Shown here: in pieces, positions 10,853 to 28,900 of the stretch
How positions within the stretch are numbered: position 1 is the stretch's first letter
Layout of the letters: the number at the start of each line of letters is the position of its first letter
Source: Scenedesmus sp. PABB004
Lineage: Eukaryota
Assembly (NCBI GenBank): GCA_014905635.1
Contig: JABVCE010000012.1
Location: 682,001 to 746,000, forward strand
Direction: 5' to 3'
DNA length: 64,000 bases
Notes under the pieces: generated by a model
What the model was told of the DNA's origin: nothing
The model's input: only the letters and a program-made list of their open reading frames with translations
Database searches by the model: none
Position numbers and translations under genes: made by a program

Positions 10853-12728
10853 CGGCGGCCGCGGCGCTCGCGCAGCCGCGCGACGGCACGCCGCCGCGGG
10901 CGCGGCCGGGCGCGCGGCCGCAGCTCGAGGCGGGCACCAAGCGCAAGTACCCGGCCAGCACGGACGCCTGGCCCGGCGGCGCTGCGCCCGGCTGGCTCGC
11001 CGGCGGCGACGGCAGCGGCCCGCTGCTGGGGCCCCTCTTCGGCCCCTCGCCGCCGCGCTCCCTGCGCAGCCCGACGCGCGGCGGCAGCCCGGCGCCGGGG
11101 CGGCGGGCGGGCTGGCGCCGGGGCTGCAGCTCGGGGAGCAGCCGCAGCCGCAGCGCCGGCGCCGCCGGTCGGGGCAGGGCCCGGCCACCGCCGACCCGCT
11201 GGCCCAGCTCGACCGCGGCGGCGGCACGGGCTCGTCCGACGGTGGCAGCTGCGACGGCTCGGACCGGCAGATGGCCGCGTCCGATGCGGCGGCACCCAGC
11301 GCGGCCGCCGACCTCGCGGCCGCGCTGCTGCACCTCTCGGCCGGCTCCGGCACGCCGCCCGGCGCGCTGGCGGCGGCGGCCGCTGCCGCGGGCGCGCCGG
11401 CGGCCGCGACCAGGCCCTGGCAGGCGTGGGGCGTCGCGGCGGACCCCGGCGGCGGCGCGGCGGCGGCGGGCCCCGCGTCGAGCGATCCGATCGTCTCTGA
11501 CCTGGAGCTCCCGGGCGGCGGCAACCCCTGGCAGTGGCAGCTGCAGGCGGCGCAGGGCGTGGCGGGGGCGGCGCAGACCGCGCCGGCGGCGCGCTGGCGC
11601 CAGGCCGCGGCCGCGCCGCCGGCGCCGGCGGGCAGCTGGCAGCCGCTGGACGGTCCTGCCGACAGCGAGGGCAACGACAGCTGCCTGGGCCGGCCGAGCG
11701 GCTCGGGCGCGACCAGCGGCCTGGCCGGCCAGCAGCAGGCGGGGCTGTGGCAGCCGGCGGCCGCGGCCGGCTTCAGGCACGCCAGCCCCCTCGGGCAGCA
11801 GCACCACGTGGGCGCGCAGCTGCGGCAGCAGAGCCCCAGCCCCTGCCCCTCCGGCCTCTCCCTCGCTGCGTCGGCGGTCGGCGGCGACGGCGCCACCACC
11901 GCCGCGCGCCGGCTGCTTGCGCCCGCGCCCAGCGGCGGCTGTGGCGCCACCAGCGGGCTCGGGCGCGAGGGCAGCGTCGCGCAGGTGTTCCCGGCAGCGG
12001 GCGGCGCTCAGCAGGAGGCCGCGCCGGGCGTGGGGAGGGACGTGGCGGCTGCGGCCCCTGCTGCCATAGACCTGCAGCAGTCCGAGGAGCAGGCGCTGCA
12101 GCTGCTGTCGCGGCTGGCGCTGCCGGGCCCAGCCGCCGGCGCTGGCGCGGCGGCCGGCCGTGCCGCCGCGCCAGCGGGCGGCGGCGCGGCGAGCGGCGGC
12201 GAGGGCGGCGGCGACGACCTATCGGTGGCCGTGGCGGCTGCGGCGGCCGCCGCCCAGGCCGCCGCGGCCATGGCGGCGGCGGCCGCGGTGCGGCCGGCGC
12301 TCCCGGCGCCCGCACCCGCCGCAGGCCGCGGGGTCAGCGACGGCTGCGGGACGGGCCAGCAGCGCGCGCCCGACGGCGGCAGCAGCGAGGGCGAGGCGGC
12401 CGGCGGCCGCGAGGCGAGCAGCGGCGCAGCAGCGGCAGCCGCCGGCGACGCGCGCAGCCAGCGGCAGCAGGCGGCCGCCGCAGGCGCTAGCGCAGTGGGC
12501 GCCGCCGCCCCGGCCGCGCCGCCCGACGCGGCCGCACTCGCGGCCGCGCTGCAGCAGCTGCAGGCCGCCGCCGGCGGCGGCGGGGCGGGCAGCGCCGGCG
12601 CGGCAGTGTCGCCGGAGCTGCGGCAGGAGTACGGGCGGCGCGTGGAGGAGGTGCGGGGCCTCGTGCTGCAGCTCAATCAGGCGCTGCAGGGCCTCAACAG
12701 CATCCGCGAGCAGGTGGAGGGCGGCTGA
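8800..12728 (+). CDS. Protein with an N-terminal double-stranded RNA-binding domain, a Z-alpha-like winged-helix domain, a long low-complexity region and a C-terminal helix
   Basis: Exons 8800-9000, 9147-9360, 9474-9580 and 9721 onward, with a frame change near 11100. dsRBD: TPKGVLNELFQR..PPAY...FVCRLTL...GAGGSKK|EAEHAAAAAAVEWL. Z-alpha-like: ESLELRILEALAGVYPRTLNGAQLAKLCGHFKLKHK|VNHLLYMKLKAAGLVEMLTDAHTPAWR. Confidence 0.8.
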
Positions 12729-13220
12729 GCGCGCGGCGCGCCGCGGCGGGGCTTGCGTGTCGTGAGCGCGGCGCGGGCGCTGTGACTGCTTGTGATCACC
12801 CGCCACTCCACCGTCGACGGCGTCGTTACGACGCCCCAGCCGTCACCACACGCGAGCCGCAGCGCCAGACGTCTCAGCTGCCACGCAGCCGCCGCCGCCG
12901 CTGCCACGCGCTCTGCTTCCCCACCCCCGCCGCCGTCCCTGCGGCGGTGACACCGCCAGCCTGCCGCGCCCCGCACGGGTCGCCGCTGCCGCTGCCGCTG
13001 CCGCCCCTCCCCGCCCCGCCCGCCGTCGCCGCCGCCAGCGCTCTGCCGCGATGCGCGGGCGCGCGCTGGTGCCGGCGCGCCTGCGCCGGCCGCGGGCCGT
13101 CGGCCGGGCGGGGTGCCTCCGCGCGGACGCCCCAGGCGGCGGCGCCTGCTGCCGCTGCCGCTGCCGCTGCTTCGCCGCGCCGCCGCCTCTCCAGAGGGGT
13201 GTACGTGCATGCCCTCGCCC

Positions 13221-13839
13221 CTAATAGCGCGACGCCAGCTTCTCCCGCTCAACGAACGCGTCGGCGTACCTGCGAGACGGGGGCGGGCGGCGGGCGGGCG
13301 GCGGGCGGGCGTCGGCGGGCGACTGCTACGGCGCGCTGCCGGGGCAAGCGGTCTGCCCAGCGCGGATCCGGGCGCCGCTCGCTGCCCGGTTCCGCCCGGT
13401 GGCCGCTCAGCGGCGCCGGCGACGGTGGCAGCGCGCCGACCTCCGACGGCGGCGCTGCTGCTGCCCGGTGCGGCGCCGCCGCGCCGCGTCGGCGCCGCCG
13501 GGCGCCCCCCCCCCGCTGGCGGCCGTCCGTCCGGCCCGCCCGGCGCCCGCGCGGCGCGGCACGCACATGATGGGGCCGAGCAGCGTGACGTTGAAGATGG
13601 CGAGCCCCGCCCAGTTCTGCGCGCGGCGGAGGGGCGGCGTGAGCGCCCTCCGCGCCGCGATCGCGCGGCGCCCGCCCAATTGGCGGCGCGTCCCGGGCTC
13701 CGCGGGGCCTGCTCACGCGCTGGAAGTACTTGGCGATCTTGGTGGGCAGCTTCTGCACGCCCTTCATCACCACCTCCTGGTTGTAGGGGCTGAGGCTGTA
13801 CACGATCTCCCGCAGCGGCACGGGCATGCGGGGCGCCAT
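13221..13839 (-). CDS. QCR8: Cytochrome b-c1 complex subunit 8 (3 exons)
   Basis: Spliced product MAPRMPVPLREIVYSLSPYNQEVVMKGVQKLPTKIAKYFQR|NWAGLAIFNVTLLGPIM|YADAFVEREKLASRY*. Has the 'YSLSPYxQ' motif and the C-terminal 'EREKL..RY' typical of plant/algal QCR8. Confidence 0.93.
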
Positions 13840-14234
13840 GGCGACCCGCTGCTGCTGCCCGGGCGCTGCTGCTGCCGCCTGCCGCGCCTGCCGGTCCTGC
13901 GCTGCGGGCCCGCCGAGGGAGTGGTGAGGGAGGGCCGGGTGCCGCGGGCGGGAGTGGCGCGGCAGTGCGCGGGCAGCAGCTGGCAGCAGCGGCGGCGCAG
14001 CGCTGCGCCCTTGCGCCCCACGCCGCTGCCCTCCAGGCGCCCCCCTTCCCCCTGCGCCGCCCCAGAGCTCTCCGCCTTGACGCTCCCACGCGACGCGCAC
14101 CGCGTGGCGGCGACGGCAGCGCGGCGCGAACACGCCCGCGGCCATCAGCGACTGCGCCGCCGCCGCGCATGGGGGGCGAGCCCGGGCCAGCCGCCCGCCG
14201 CGCGCTGGCGGGCCATTGATCGCGGCCGCTCAGG

Positions 14235-19800
<5,566 letters not shown>

Positions 19801-20205
19801 GGGCGGTGCGCGTTGAGTAATCCTCGCACGGCATCCGGACCGGTGTTACCGCGTCTCTGCCGCCGACGCGCTCCGCCGCCGCGCAACACCGCGTGCGACA
19901 TCACAGCGCGCGCGCGCGCGCGCGCACACGGCCGCAGCGCTGCGGCCGAGCTAGCCCGGCCGAGCCAATCCGGATCCTTCCGCCGCCGCCGTCGTTCTGG
20001 CGAGCGCGCGCGCCCAGCCTCGTTTGCGTGCCGTCTGCCCGCCCGGCCACTGGTCACGGGGCCGCCGGCGTCCCACGGCGCGCCGGCGCCATTGTATGGG
20101 CAGTGCGTCTGTGCAGTGTGCGCCCCCTCCGCGCGTCCGCCCCCCGCCCACGCACGTCGTTCGCAGCGCTTGCGCTGGACTAGGGACCACAGAGGCCAAG
20201 CCTAG

Positions 20206-22519
20206 CTAGCCGACGATGCCTAAGCGTTCAAATGCGGACTTCATCGCCCTCAAGGCCGAGCGCTTCGTGAAAACGCTGCCATGACTCACTCCGGGAAGCT
20301 CGAAGATGTCGGCAGCGCTCGTCGCCAGGCTGCGGGCGCCGGGCCGCGGCGCAGGGTGAGGAGCCTGCGTGTGCAGCGGGCGTGCGCCAGCGCCGCGCGC
20401 GGCCCAGCCCGCGCCCTGCGCCCCGCGCCGCCGCCGCGAGCGCCGCCGCCCCGGGGGCGCCGCGCGCGCACCTCCCGCACAGCCGCAGGCTCTGCAGCGG
20501 GACGACGCCGTCGCCCTTGCCCACGCGCCCCACGCGTGGCACGACGGCGGCGCCCGGCGTCAGCGGCGCGTCCCACACCCAGCTGAGCGGCGTGTCGGCG
20601 GTTGCGCCAAACAGGCAGAACGTGCGCACGCCCGAGATGGGGCCGCCCGCGACCAGCGCCGGCAGCTGGTGCAGCCGGCCGTACGCCTCGGCCTGCGGCG
20701 GCAATGGCGCGGCACGGCGGCTCAGCGCCGCGCCGCCGCGGGCGCAGGGCGCGGAGCTGCAGCCGCGGCGGCAGCCTCACCAGCGCGGCCTCGCCCGTGT
20801 CGGCCAGCAGCCGGTCCAGCTGCGCCGTGGTGTACGTCACGTTGCCGGCGTTCACTGACACCTGCGCCGCGCGGCGCCGCCGGCCCGTCGGCGCGCCGGC
20901 GCGCCGATCGCGGCGCCGCGCACGCGCCCCCGCCCCCGGGGCCCGCGCGCCGCACCGAGGCGGCGCCCATGGCCTCCGCATACGGCAGCAGCGCCGCGAC
21001 GCTCGGCATGCCCCGCGTCGCCGCGTGCAGCGCGCGCCGCGCGGCGGCGTTGAGCGTGCCGTCCTCGCCGCCGCCGCCGTCGCCGTCGTCGGCGCCGAGC
21101 ACGGCGCCGAGCTCCGGCGCGAGCCAGGGCAGCAGGTAGTCGTAGCTGCCCGCCACCGCCGCGGGGATGGCCGCCGGCGAGCCGCCCCAGGGCGGCGCGA
21201 GCGCGAGGAAGCCCTGCACCTGGTCGCGGCTGGCGCGGGCGGGCGCGCGGGCGGGCAGGCGCGCGGGCGCGGCGCGGCGGCATCAGGGCCCCGCGGCGGC
21301 GGCGCTGACAGGCGCGCCGTGCGGCAGCGGCCGCGCCCCGGCGCGGCGGGGCGTCGCCCCGCGCCGCCCCGCCGCCACTCACATCAGGCCGCTGCGCAGC
21401 AGCTTGAGCGCGACGACGCTGCCCTCGCTGTGCCCGAGCAGCACCGCCTTGCGCCGCCCCGCGCGCGCCACGCCGCGCGAGATCGCCGCGGCGAGGCCCC
21501 CGAGCTGCCCGCTCGCCTCCAGCGTGGCCGGGTCCTGCCGGAAGTCTGCGGGCGCCGCGCGGCGCGGCGCGTCGGCAGCTGCGCCCGTCGCCGCCGCCGC
21601 CGCCGGGCGCTGCACGGCCGCCGGGCGGCGCCGCCGGGCCCCTGCCGCGGCCGGATTCTGCACGTCGCCGCACCGTAGGGCAGCACAAACAGGTTGGTCC
21701 CGCGCGCGTAGCCAAAGTTGCCTTCGATGAAGTTCACCAGGCGCTCGTAGCCGGCGACCTCAAACAGCGGGTACCGCATCCCGCTCGCGCCCGGCGCCTC
21801 GGCGGCGACCTCGGCGCCGGGCGCGCTCACAAACAGCGGCCGCGCGCGCCGCCGCCGGCGGCGGCGGCGCCCGCAGCGCCCGCGGGCGCGGCGCGCATGC
21901 GCAGCAGCGCGCGCCAGCACGCGGGCGCGAGGCGCGCGAGCGTCGCGGAGGGCAGCCAGAGGGAGACGCCGTCGACGGGTAGGTTGGGGCAGTCGGCCAG
22001 GCCCGGCGCCGGCGCGCCGTCGGCGGCCGCCGCGCCGCGGGGCGCGCCGCCCGCCGCGCCGGGCGTGTCGGCCGGGCCCGAGGCGTTGCCGCCCCGGCGC
22101 CGGCGGCGTCGGCCGCCGCCGCGCCGCGGCCGGCGCCGGGGCCGTCTGCCGCCGCCGCGCGCGCGGGAGAGCAGGAGCGCCTCGAACTGGCCCTCGTCCA
22201 CCGACGGCGCGCCGGGCGGCGTGCCGGGCGGCGTGTAGCGCACGCGCAGGCTGGAGGCCATGAGGCCTGGCGGCGCGCGGCGCGCGAACAAGGCGGTGGG
22301 CGCGCCGCTGCCGCCCCGCGCAGCGGCGGCGAAGGCCCAACGCCGGCCGCGGCGCGCTGCGGCGGCGTGCCGGCGCGCACCGGGGATGATGAAGATGGGC
22401 GGCCTCTTGGCGGTGGCCGGCCGCGCGGGCGACGCGGGACCGGCCTGCTGCTGCGCGGAGCTCGCTGCTGCCGCGAGCAGCAGCAGCAGCAGGGCCGCGC
22501 AGGCCCGATAGCGGATCAT
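20206..22519 (-). CDS. Lecithin:cholesterol acyltransferase-like / phospholipase A (LCAT family), secreted; multi-exon
   Basis: Signal peptide MIRYRACAALLLLLL; PIFIIPG|LMASSL; PY|DFR; nucleophile elbow LLGHSEG; LAPPWGGS; GDGVVP (Asp); GVSHG (His) in the last exon. Confidence 0.88.
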
Positions 22520-23025
22520 ACTGCACCGGCCGTCACGGGGCGGCCATCGCGGGACGAGGCGAGCGGCGCGGCGCGCCGCGGGGGCCGAGGCTGATGGTGG
22601 CGCGTCCGGCACGCGCTCGTCGCGGTGCGTCTTGGCTGCGCGTGAGGAGCGCCGCGAGTGCGTGGGAAGGAGCAGCGCGATCGGCGGGACGCCGCGGCCC
22701 AGCAGGCTTTGAGCCCGACCCAACGCCGGGCCGCTCGCGCTCGGCCTGGCTCGGCCCCGCTCCCTGGGCGGCGCGTCAGTCGCAGGCCTCCGCGCCCACA
22801 CGCTCCGACGCTCGCCAGCACCGGCCGGCGCCGCCGGGTGCGCCGCCGCGCTGCCGGTGCCGCCGCTTCGCGCGGTGCCGCGGCGCGCCAATTGCCCGCC
22901 CGGCGGCCTGCGGCGCAGCAATGCAGCCCGCCTGCGCGCGCGTGGCGGCGGCGCTCGTGTGGCGGCACCGGCGCCGCTGCTCAGCGCCGACCCGCCCGCC
23001 GCAGGCAGCAGCGGCCGCCCCCGCC

Positions 23026-25774
23026 ATGGCCGCCGCCGCCTCGCCCGCGCTCGGCTGCACGCGCGGCCTGCGCGCGGCGCCGCGCGGCGCCGCCGCCGCG
23101 GCGCCCCTCCGAGCGCGGCGCGCCGCGCTGCGCGTGTGCGCGACCTCGCGCTTCGAGGTGCGCCCCTGCGCGCCGCGCCGCGCGGCCAGCCTGGCCCAGC
23201 CCCGGCGCCCAGGGCCTGGGCGCCCAGCAGAGCCGACGCGGCGCGCGCGCCCCGCCCCGGCGGCCCGGCGCGCCGCCGCCTGGCAGGCGACCAACCCCTT
23301 CATGCCGGAGCTGCGCGCGACGGCGGCGTACGTCGCGACCCGGGGCAAGGGCATCCTCGCGAGCGACGAGTCCAACGCGACGACCGGGAAGCGCCTCGAG
23401 GCGACCAGCATCGAAAACACGGCGGAGAACCGGCGGCTCTGGCGCGAGCTGATGTACACGGCGCCCGGGCTCGGGCAGTACATCAGCGGCTGCATCATGT
23501 TGTGAGCGCCGCGCGCCGCACGCCGCGCCAAACCCCGCCGCGCGCCCGCCGCGCGTCCGCCCGCCTGCTCACTCGCCGCCATCGCCTCGCTCGCCGCCTC
23601 ACTCGCTCGCTCGCCGCCGCCGCTGGCGCTCCCGCGCCGGTCAGCGAGGAGTTTCTGTTCTCCAGCACCGCCGCCGGCGTGCCGTTTGTGGAGGTGCTGA
23701 GGGGGCAGGGCATCGTGCCTGGCATCAAGGCCGACAGGGCATGCAGGCGCGCGCCCAGAGCGCGCGGCGCGCGAGCGACCCGCGCCGCCCGGGCGCCGGC
23801 GCGGGGCGGCGGCGCCCGCGCCCGCGCGCGCCCAGCCGCGCGCGCCGCGCCGCGCCGCGCCACGCCGCCGCCGCCCGCCGCGCAGGTGCTGCCCGGCACG
23901 GACGGCGAGACCGCGACGCAGGGGCTCGACAACCTCGGCGGCGCCTGCCGCGAGTGGTACAAGCAGGGCGCGCGCTTCGCCAAGTGGCGCGCCGTGCTGC
24001 GCATCGCGGGTTCGCGCGCGCGCGCCGGCGCTCGCCGCGCCGCGCGCGCTCGGCCGGGCCCCTTTCGTGCGCCTGCGCCCGCCTGCGCCTGCCCACCGGC
24101 GGGCGCCGCGCGTTGACGTGCGTCGCGCCGCGCAGGCCCGGGCAAGGGCCCCTCCACGACGGCCATCGCTGAGAACGCGCACGGCCTCGCACGCTACGCC
24201 CAGATCTGCCAGGCGCGCGCCGGGCCGCGGCGCTGACTGCTGCGCCTCGCGCCTCCGGACCCCCGCCCCGCGCGCCGCAGCCTGCGCCGCGGCGCCGCCC
24301 CGCCGTGAATGCGCGCACCCGCGGCCGCGCGCAGGAGAACGGCCTGGTGCCGATCGTGGAGCCGGAGGTCACGCTGGTGCGGCGCGGCGCGCCCCGCCGC
24401 CTCCGCCCTGTGTGTGCCTGAGAGCCCTGTCGTTTTTTTGTGGAGCCAGCAACGCACCCCAAGCCCCTGTGCCCCGCGCGCCCCCGCAGGGCCCCGGCGA
24501 CTACGGCATCGAGGAGACGGCCTACTGGAGCGAGCGCGTCAACAGGCGCGGCGGCGGCGGGCGCGGCGGCGGCCCGCTGTGCGGCGGCGGTCCGCTGCGG
24601 CGGCGGCCCGCTGCGGCGGCGGCGCGGCGGCGGCGGCGGCGGCCCGCTGTAGCGCGTGCCCGCGAGCGCACCCGCGGCCACACCACACCCTCACCCACCC
24701 ACACCCACCCACACCCACCCTCACTCATCCACACACACCCACCCTCTCCCACCCTCCGCAACACCCACACGCGCACACTCACGCCCCCACACACGCACAC
24801 ACGCACACACGCGCACACACACACACGCCCACGCGCCGTCCCCCCCCCCCCCCCCCCCCCCCGTGCAGCCACGTGTTCCGCATGCTCAACGAGTATGACG
24901 TGGCGCTCGACGCGATACTGCTCAAGCCCAAGTGAGGCACAGACACACCGACACACAGACAGCCCAGCGGCCTGGGGCAGCGGGGGCAGCGGGGGCATGC
25001 GCAGCGGGCGTCGCGGGGGCGCGGGCGCAGTGCGCACGAGCGCGCACGGGCGCGGGGCGGGGCGCGCCGACGCCGCCGCCCCGCCCGCGCGCCGGCCGCC
25101 CGCAGCATGTGCCTGCCCGGCCTGGACGCGCCGCGCGCGACGCCGCAGCAGGTCGCAGAGTTCACGACTCGCACGATGCTGCGCTCGTGAGCGCGCCGCC
25201 GCCGCTGCCGCCCTGCTGCCGCCGCCGCCGAGCCCCGCCGCGGTCGCCGAGCCGCCGCCGCCGCCGAGTCCCCGTCGCCGCGCCGCCGCGCCGCGTCGCA
25301 GCATCCCCGCGGCGGTGCCTGGGATTCACTTCCTGTCTGGCGGCATGAGCGAGGAGGAGAGCACCATCAACCTGCAGGCACGTCATGGCCGCCCAGCGTG
25401 GCGCGCGCCGCCAGCCTTGCAGGACGCGCCCCCGGCCGCCACCGTCTCGCAGGAGGGGGCCCCGCCGCGCCGCGCGCGCGTGCGCCCCTGACCCGCCGCC
25501 CGCGCCACGCGCGCGTCGCCGCCCGCAGGCGCTGAACGAGGCCTGCCCCAGCGCGCCGTGGAGTCTGACGTTCTCGTACGGCCGCGCGCTGCAGGCGACG
25601 TGCCTGAAGACCTGGGCGGGCAAGCCCGAGAACTGGGACGCCGCGCAGGCGGTGCTGCTGTCGCTGGCCAAGGTCAACTCGGAGGCCCAGCTGGGGCGCT
25701 ACGCGGGGCCGCACCCCTGCCCCGGCGGCGCGCGGCAGGTGCAGGAGCTGCGCACCGGCGGCGCCGGCAAGTGA
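23026..25774 (+). CDS. FBA: Class I fructose-bisphosphate aldolase with plastid transit peptide; multi-exon
   Basis: GKGILASDES, GIVPGIK, ATQGLD, ARFAKWRAVL, VPIVEPEV, ILLKP (Schiff-base Lys), GIHFLSGGMSEEE, LTFSYGRALQ; Ala/Arg-rich N-terminus. Confidence 0.95.
24678..24862 (+). repeat. CA-rich low-complexity tract ending in poly-C, in an aldolase intron
   Basis: cacacc/cacacgc repeats followed by a C run of about 22 nt. Confidence 0.85.
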
Positions 25775-25982
25775 GCGGCGCGTGCCGGGCGAGATAGCTG
25801 AGGGCGGTTCTGAACGGGGCATGCATTGATTGAACCTCGGCCACGCCCTGTGCCGGCCGCTGCACCAGTCCACAGCTGGCAGCGCCCTCCGTGGCGCCCG
25901 TGTGGAGCCGAGGGGCGGCCCGCGCGCGCGATCGCCGCGGCACGCGCGCGAGCAGCGGCGGGCCGCGCTGGCAGGCGCGGCG

Positions 25983-28900
25983 ATGGGCCGCGGCACCGAC
26001 ATGGCCCACCCGGCGGGCTTCCTGGTGCTGCCGCTCGCGGAGATCCACCCGCCGCGGGCGCGCTGGAGCTGCGGCGCGACGGCCGGCGAGCAGCGCTGGC
26101 GCCGGCAGCGACGTGCGTACAGCGCCGCCCGCTGCCAACCGCCGGCCGGGCATCGCGCGCCGCCTGCGCGCTGCGTGTGCCACGTCCCTGAACCCGCACC
26201 TCACGTCCCCGCAGGGCCGGCCAGGACGGCGGCGGCGACGCGGCGGAGGCGCCGCCGTTGGCGCTCGCGACTGCCGCCGGCGAGGAGCTGTTCCAGGCCG
26301 CGGCGCGCGTGGTGTTCGACCACGATCTGCCGCACGAGCTGGAGCTGCTGACCGCGGGCGGCGGCGGTGCGGGCGGGGGCGGCGCCGCCGCCGCGCTCAA
26401 GCTCTCGGCCGGCCTCACGCCCGAGCTGCTGCAGGAGCGGCAGGCCTGGAAGCGCAGTTCGGCGGCCGCGCTGTTGTTCAAGCAGCTGCTGCCGCCCGAT
26501 GCCGACGCGGGTGCGCGGCAGGGGGGCGTTCGGCCGCGCGGCGTGCTGCGCTGCGCGACCCCGCACGCTGCGCGCGCCGATCGCCGCGCGCCGCCCGCGC
26601 GCCCGCCGCCCGCAGGCGCCGCGCTGCGCGAAGCGCTGGCAGGGCCGCTCAGCGGCGCGGCGTCCGCGCCGGCCGGCGGGCGCTACACGCTCCTGTCGTG
26701 CTTCCGCGAGCTGCCGTCCGTGTCCACGGCGCCGCCGCCCATGGCCATCTCGGTCGCGCGCGGCGCGGCCGAGGCGGCGGCGGCGCCAGCGCCGGGGCGG
26801 CGGGCGCAGCGGTGCGCGGCTGGAGACGCGGCCGCCGTTGGCGCCGCCACGCTGGCGGACGTCCCGCCCGAGGTCATGTCGCTGCTGCTGGGCCGCCTGT
26901 CGGCGGCGGACCTCGCGCGGCTCGCGTGCTGCTGCCGCGGCCTGCGCGCGACGAGCTGGGAGGCGGTGCCGGGGCTGCGCCTCACTCTGTACCCCCACCA
27001 GGTGCGAGGGGGCCAGCCAGGCGGGCCCCTAGGCCTGGCGAGGCCCCACGCAGGCGGGCGCCCTGCGCGACCCGCCGGCGCCGACGCCGGGCCCGCGCCG
27101 CGCCGCGCCGTCCGCCGCCGCCGCCGCCGCCGCCGCGCCGCGCAGCGCAACGCGCTGAGCTGGATGCTGCACCGCGAGGTGCGCGGCGGGCAGGCGATGC
27201 CTCACCCCTTCATCGTGCGGCGCGTGACAGGCAGCGGCGTCCCGTTCACACTCAACCAGGTGCGGGCGGCGCCGCGTGTCCACCGCGCCGGCGCCGGTCA
27301 GTGCGGACCCGCCCGGGGGGCTGCCACTTCAGGCGCGCTGCGCTCAGCCGCCGCCCGCGCTGCCCCTCGCTCCCTGCGCGCCAGGTCACGGGCGAGCTCT
27401 CGGTGGAGCCGCCGCCGGCGGTGCGTGACGTGTGCGGCGGCTTCTTCTGTGACGAGCCGGGCCTGGGCAAGACGGTGACGGCGCTCTCGCTCATCCTCAA
27501 GACGCAGGGCCTCACGCCGCACCCGCCGCCCGGCGCGGCGCCGCGCTGGCTCGCCGCGCCCGACGGGCGGCGCGTCGGCTTCTACGAGCCGCCCGCGGCG
27601 CCCGGCGGCGGCGGCGGCGGCGCGCTGCGGCGCAGCGCGAGCGGCAGCGGCAGCGGCAGCCTCGGCGTCGCGCTGCTGGGCGGCAACGTGCGGCAGAGCA
27701 TATACGCCCTCACGCCGAGCCTGCGCGGCGGGGCGAGCAGGCGGCGGCTCAAGGCGGAGGCGGCGGCGGCAGAGGCGGCAGCAGAGGCTGCGGCCGCGGC
27801 GGCGGCGGCGGCAGAGGCGGCAGAGGCGACCGCCGTCGAGGGCGGCGCCGCCCGCAGCAGCCTGCGCCAGCTCCGCCTGCAGCGCCAGCTGGAGACCAGC
27901 AACGGTCGCCCCACCAGGCGAGCGAGCAGCAGCGGCGGCGGCGGCGCGGAGCGCTCTGGCAGCAGCGACGGCGGCCCGCAGCAGCGGGCGCTCAGGAGCG
28001 GTGCACGGGCGGCGTCGAGCGAGGCAGCGGAGCCGCCGTCCCGGCGCAGCTCGCCGGGCGAGCGGCGCCCGAGCGCTGACGGCGGCGGCGGGCCGCGCGC
28101 CTCGGTGGCCGGCGCGGCTGACGACGCCGGCGCCGACGCGGAGGCGCAGCCCGCCAAGCGGCAGCGCCGTGATGCTGCGGCGACCGACGGCGCCGCGCCA
28201 GGCTGCGGCAGCGACGGCGGCAGCGGCGGGAGCGAGGGCGACGGCGGGGGTGCGGGCGAGGGCGGCAGTGAGGCGGCGGGTGTCGAGCCGGTTTGGGTTA
28301 TGTGCGACCACTGCAGCAAGTGGCGCAGCCTGCCGCACGGCCACGAGGTGCGGGGCCGCTGCCGGCGCCGCCGCCGCCGCCGCCGGCGCGCGCGGCGCCG
28401 CCGCGGCGGCGTCGGCCCACGCGCAGCGCGCGCCCGCGCGCGTGCAAACGCAGGTGTCGGCCGAGCCCGACGACCCCTGGTTCTGCTGCCTGCACCCCGA
28501 CCCCAGCGTCGCGTCCTGCCTCGTCGCGGAGGAGCCCCACGACCACAGCGCCGCCAGCGCCGGCGCCGGCGGGCCGCCCGCCGGGGGGCGTTACGACAGC
28601 ATGCCTGGCTACATCGGCGCGGAAGCGGCGGCGCCGCGGCGCGGCGCCGCGCGCGGCGAGCCGGACGCGGCCAACGTGGCCCACTTTGCGGCGGTCATGG
28701 CCTCCCTGCCCGGCTTCACGGGCCTGCAGGCCGTGCTGCGCTGGCTCGCCGCCCAGGACCCGGCCGCGCTCGCGGGGCGCGGCGTCACCGTGCCGCGCGA
28801 GCTCGTGCGCGCCGCGCCAGACTACGGTGCGCCGCGGGCGCGCGGGCGGGCGGCGCGGTGCTGGGGGCCGCTCGCTTGCCTCGACCGCCCATCGTCGCCG

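Noticed and set aside
8800..12728. Calling the dsRBD/Z-alpha gene a true ADAR or PKZ
   Set aside because: No deaminase (HAE..PCG) or kinase motifs were seen downstream; the tail is low-complexity.
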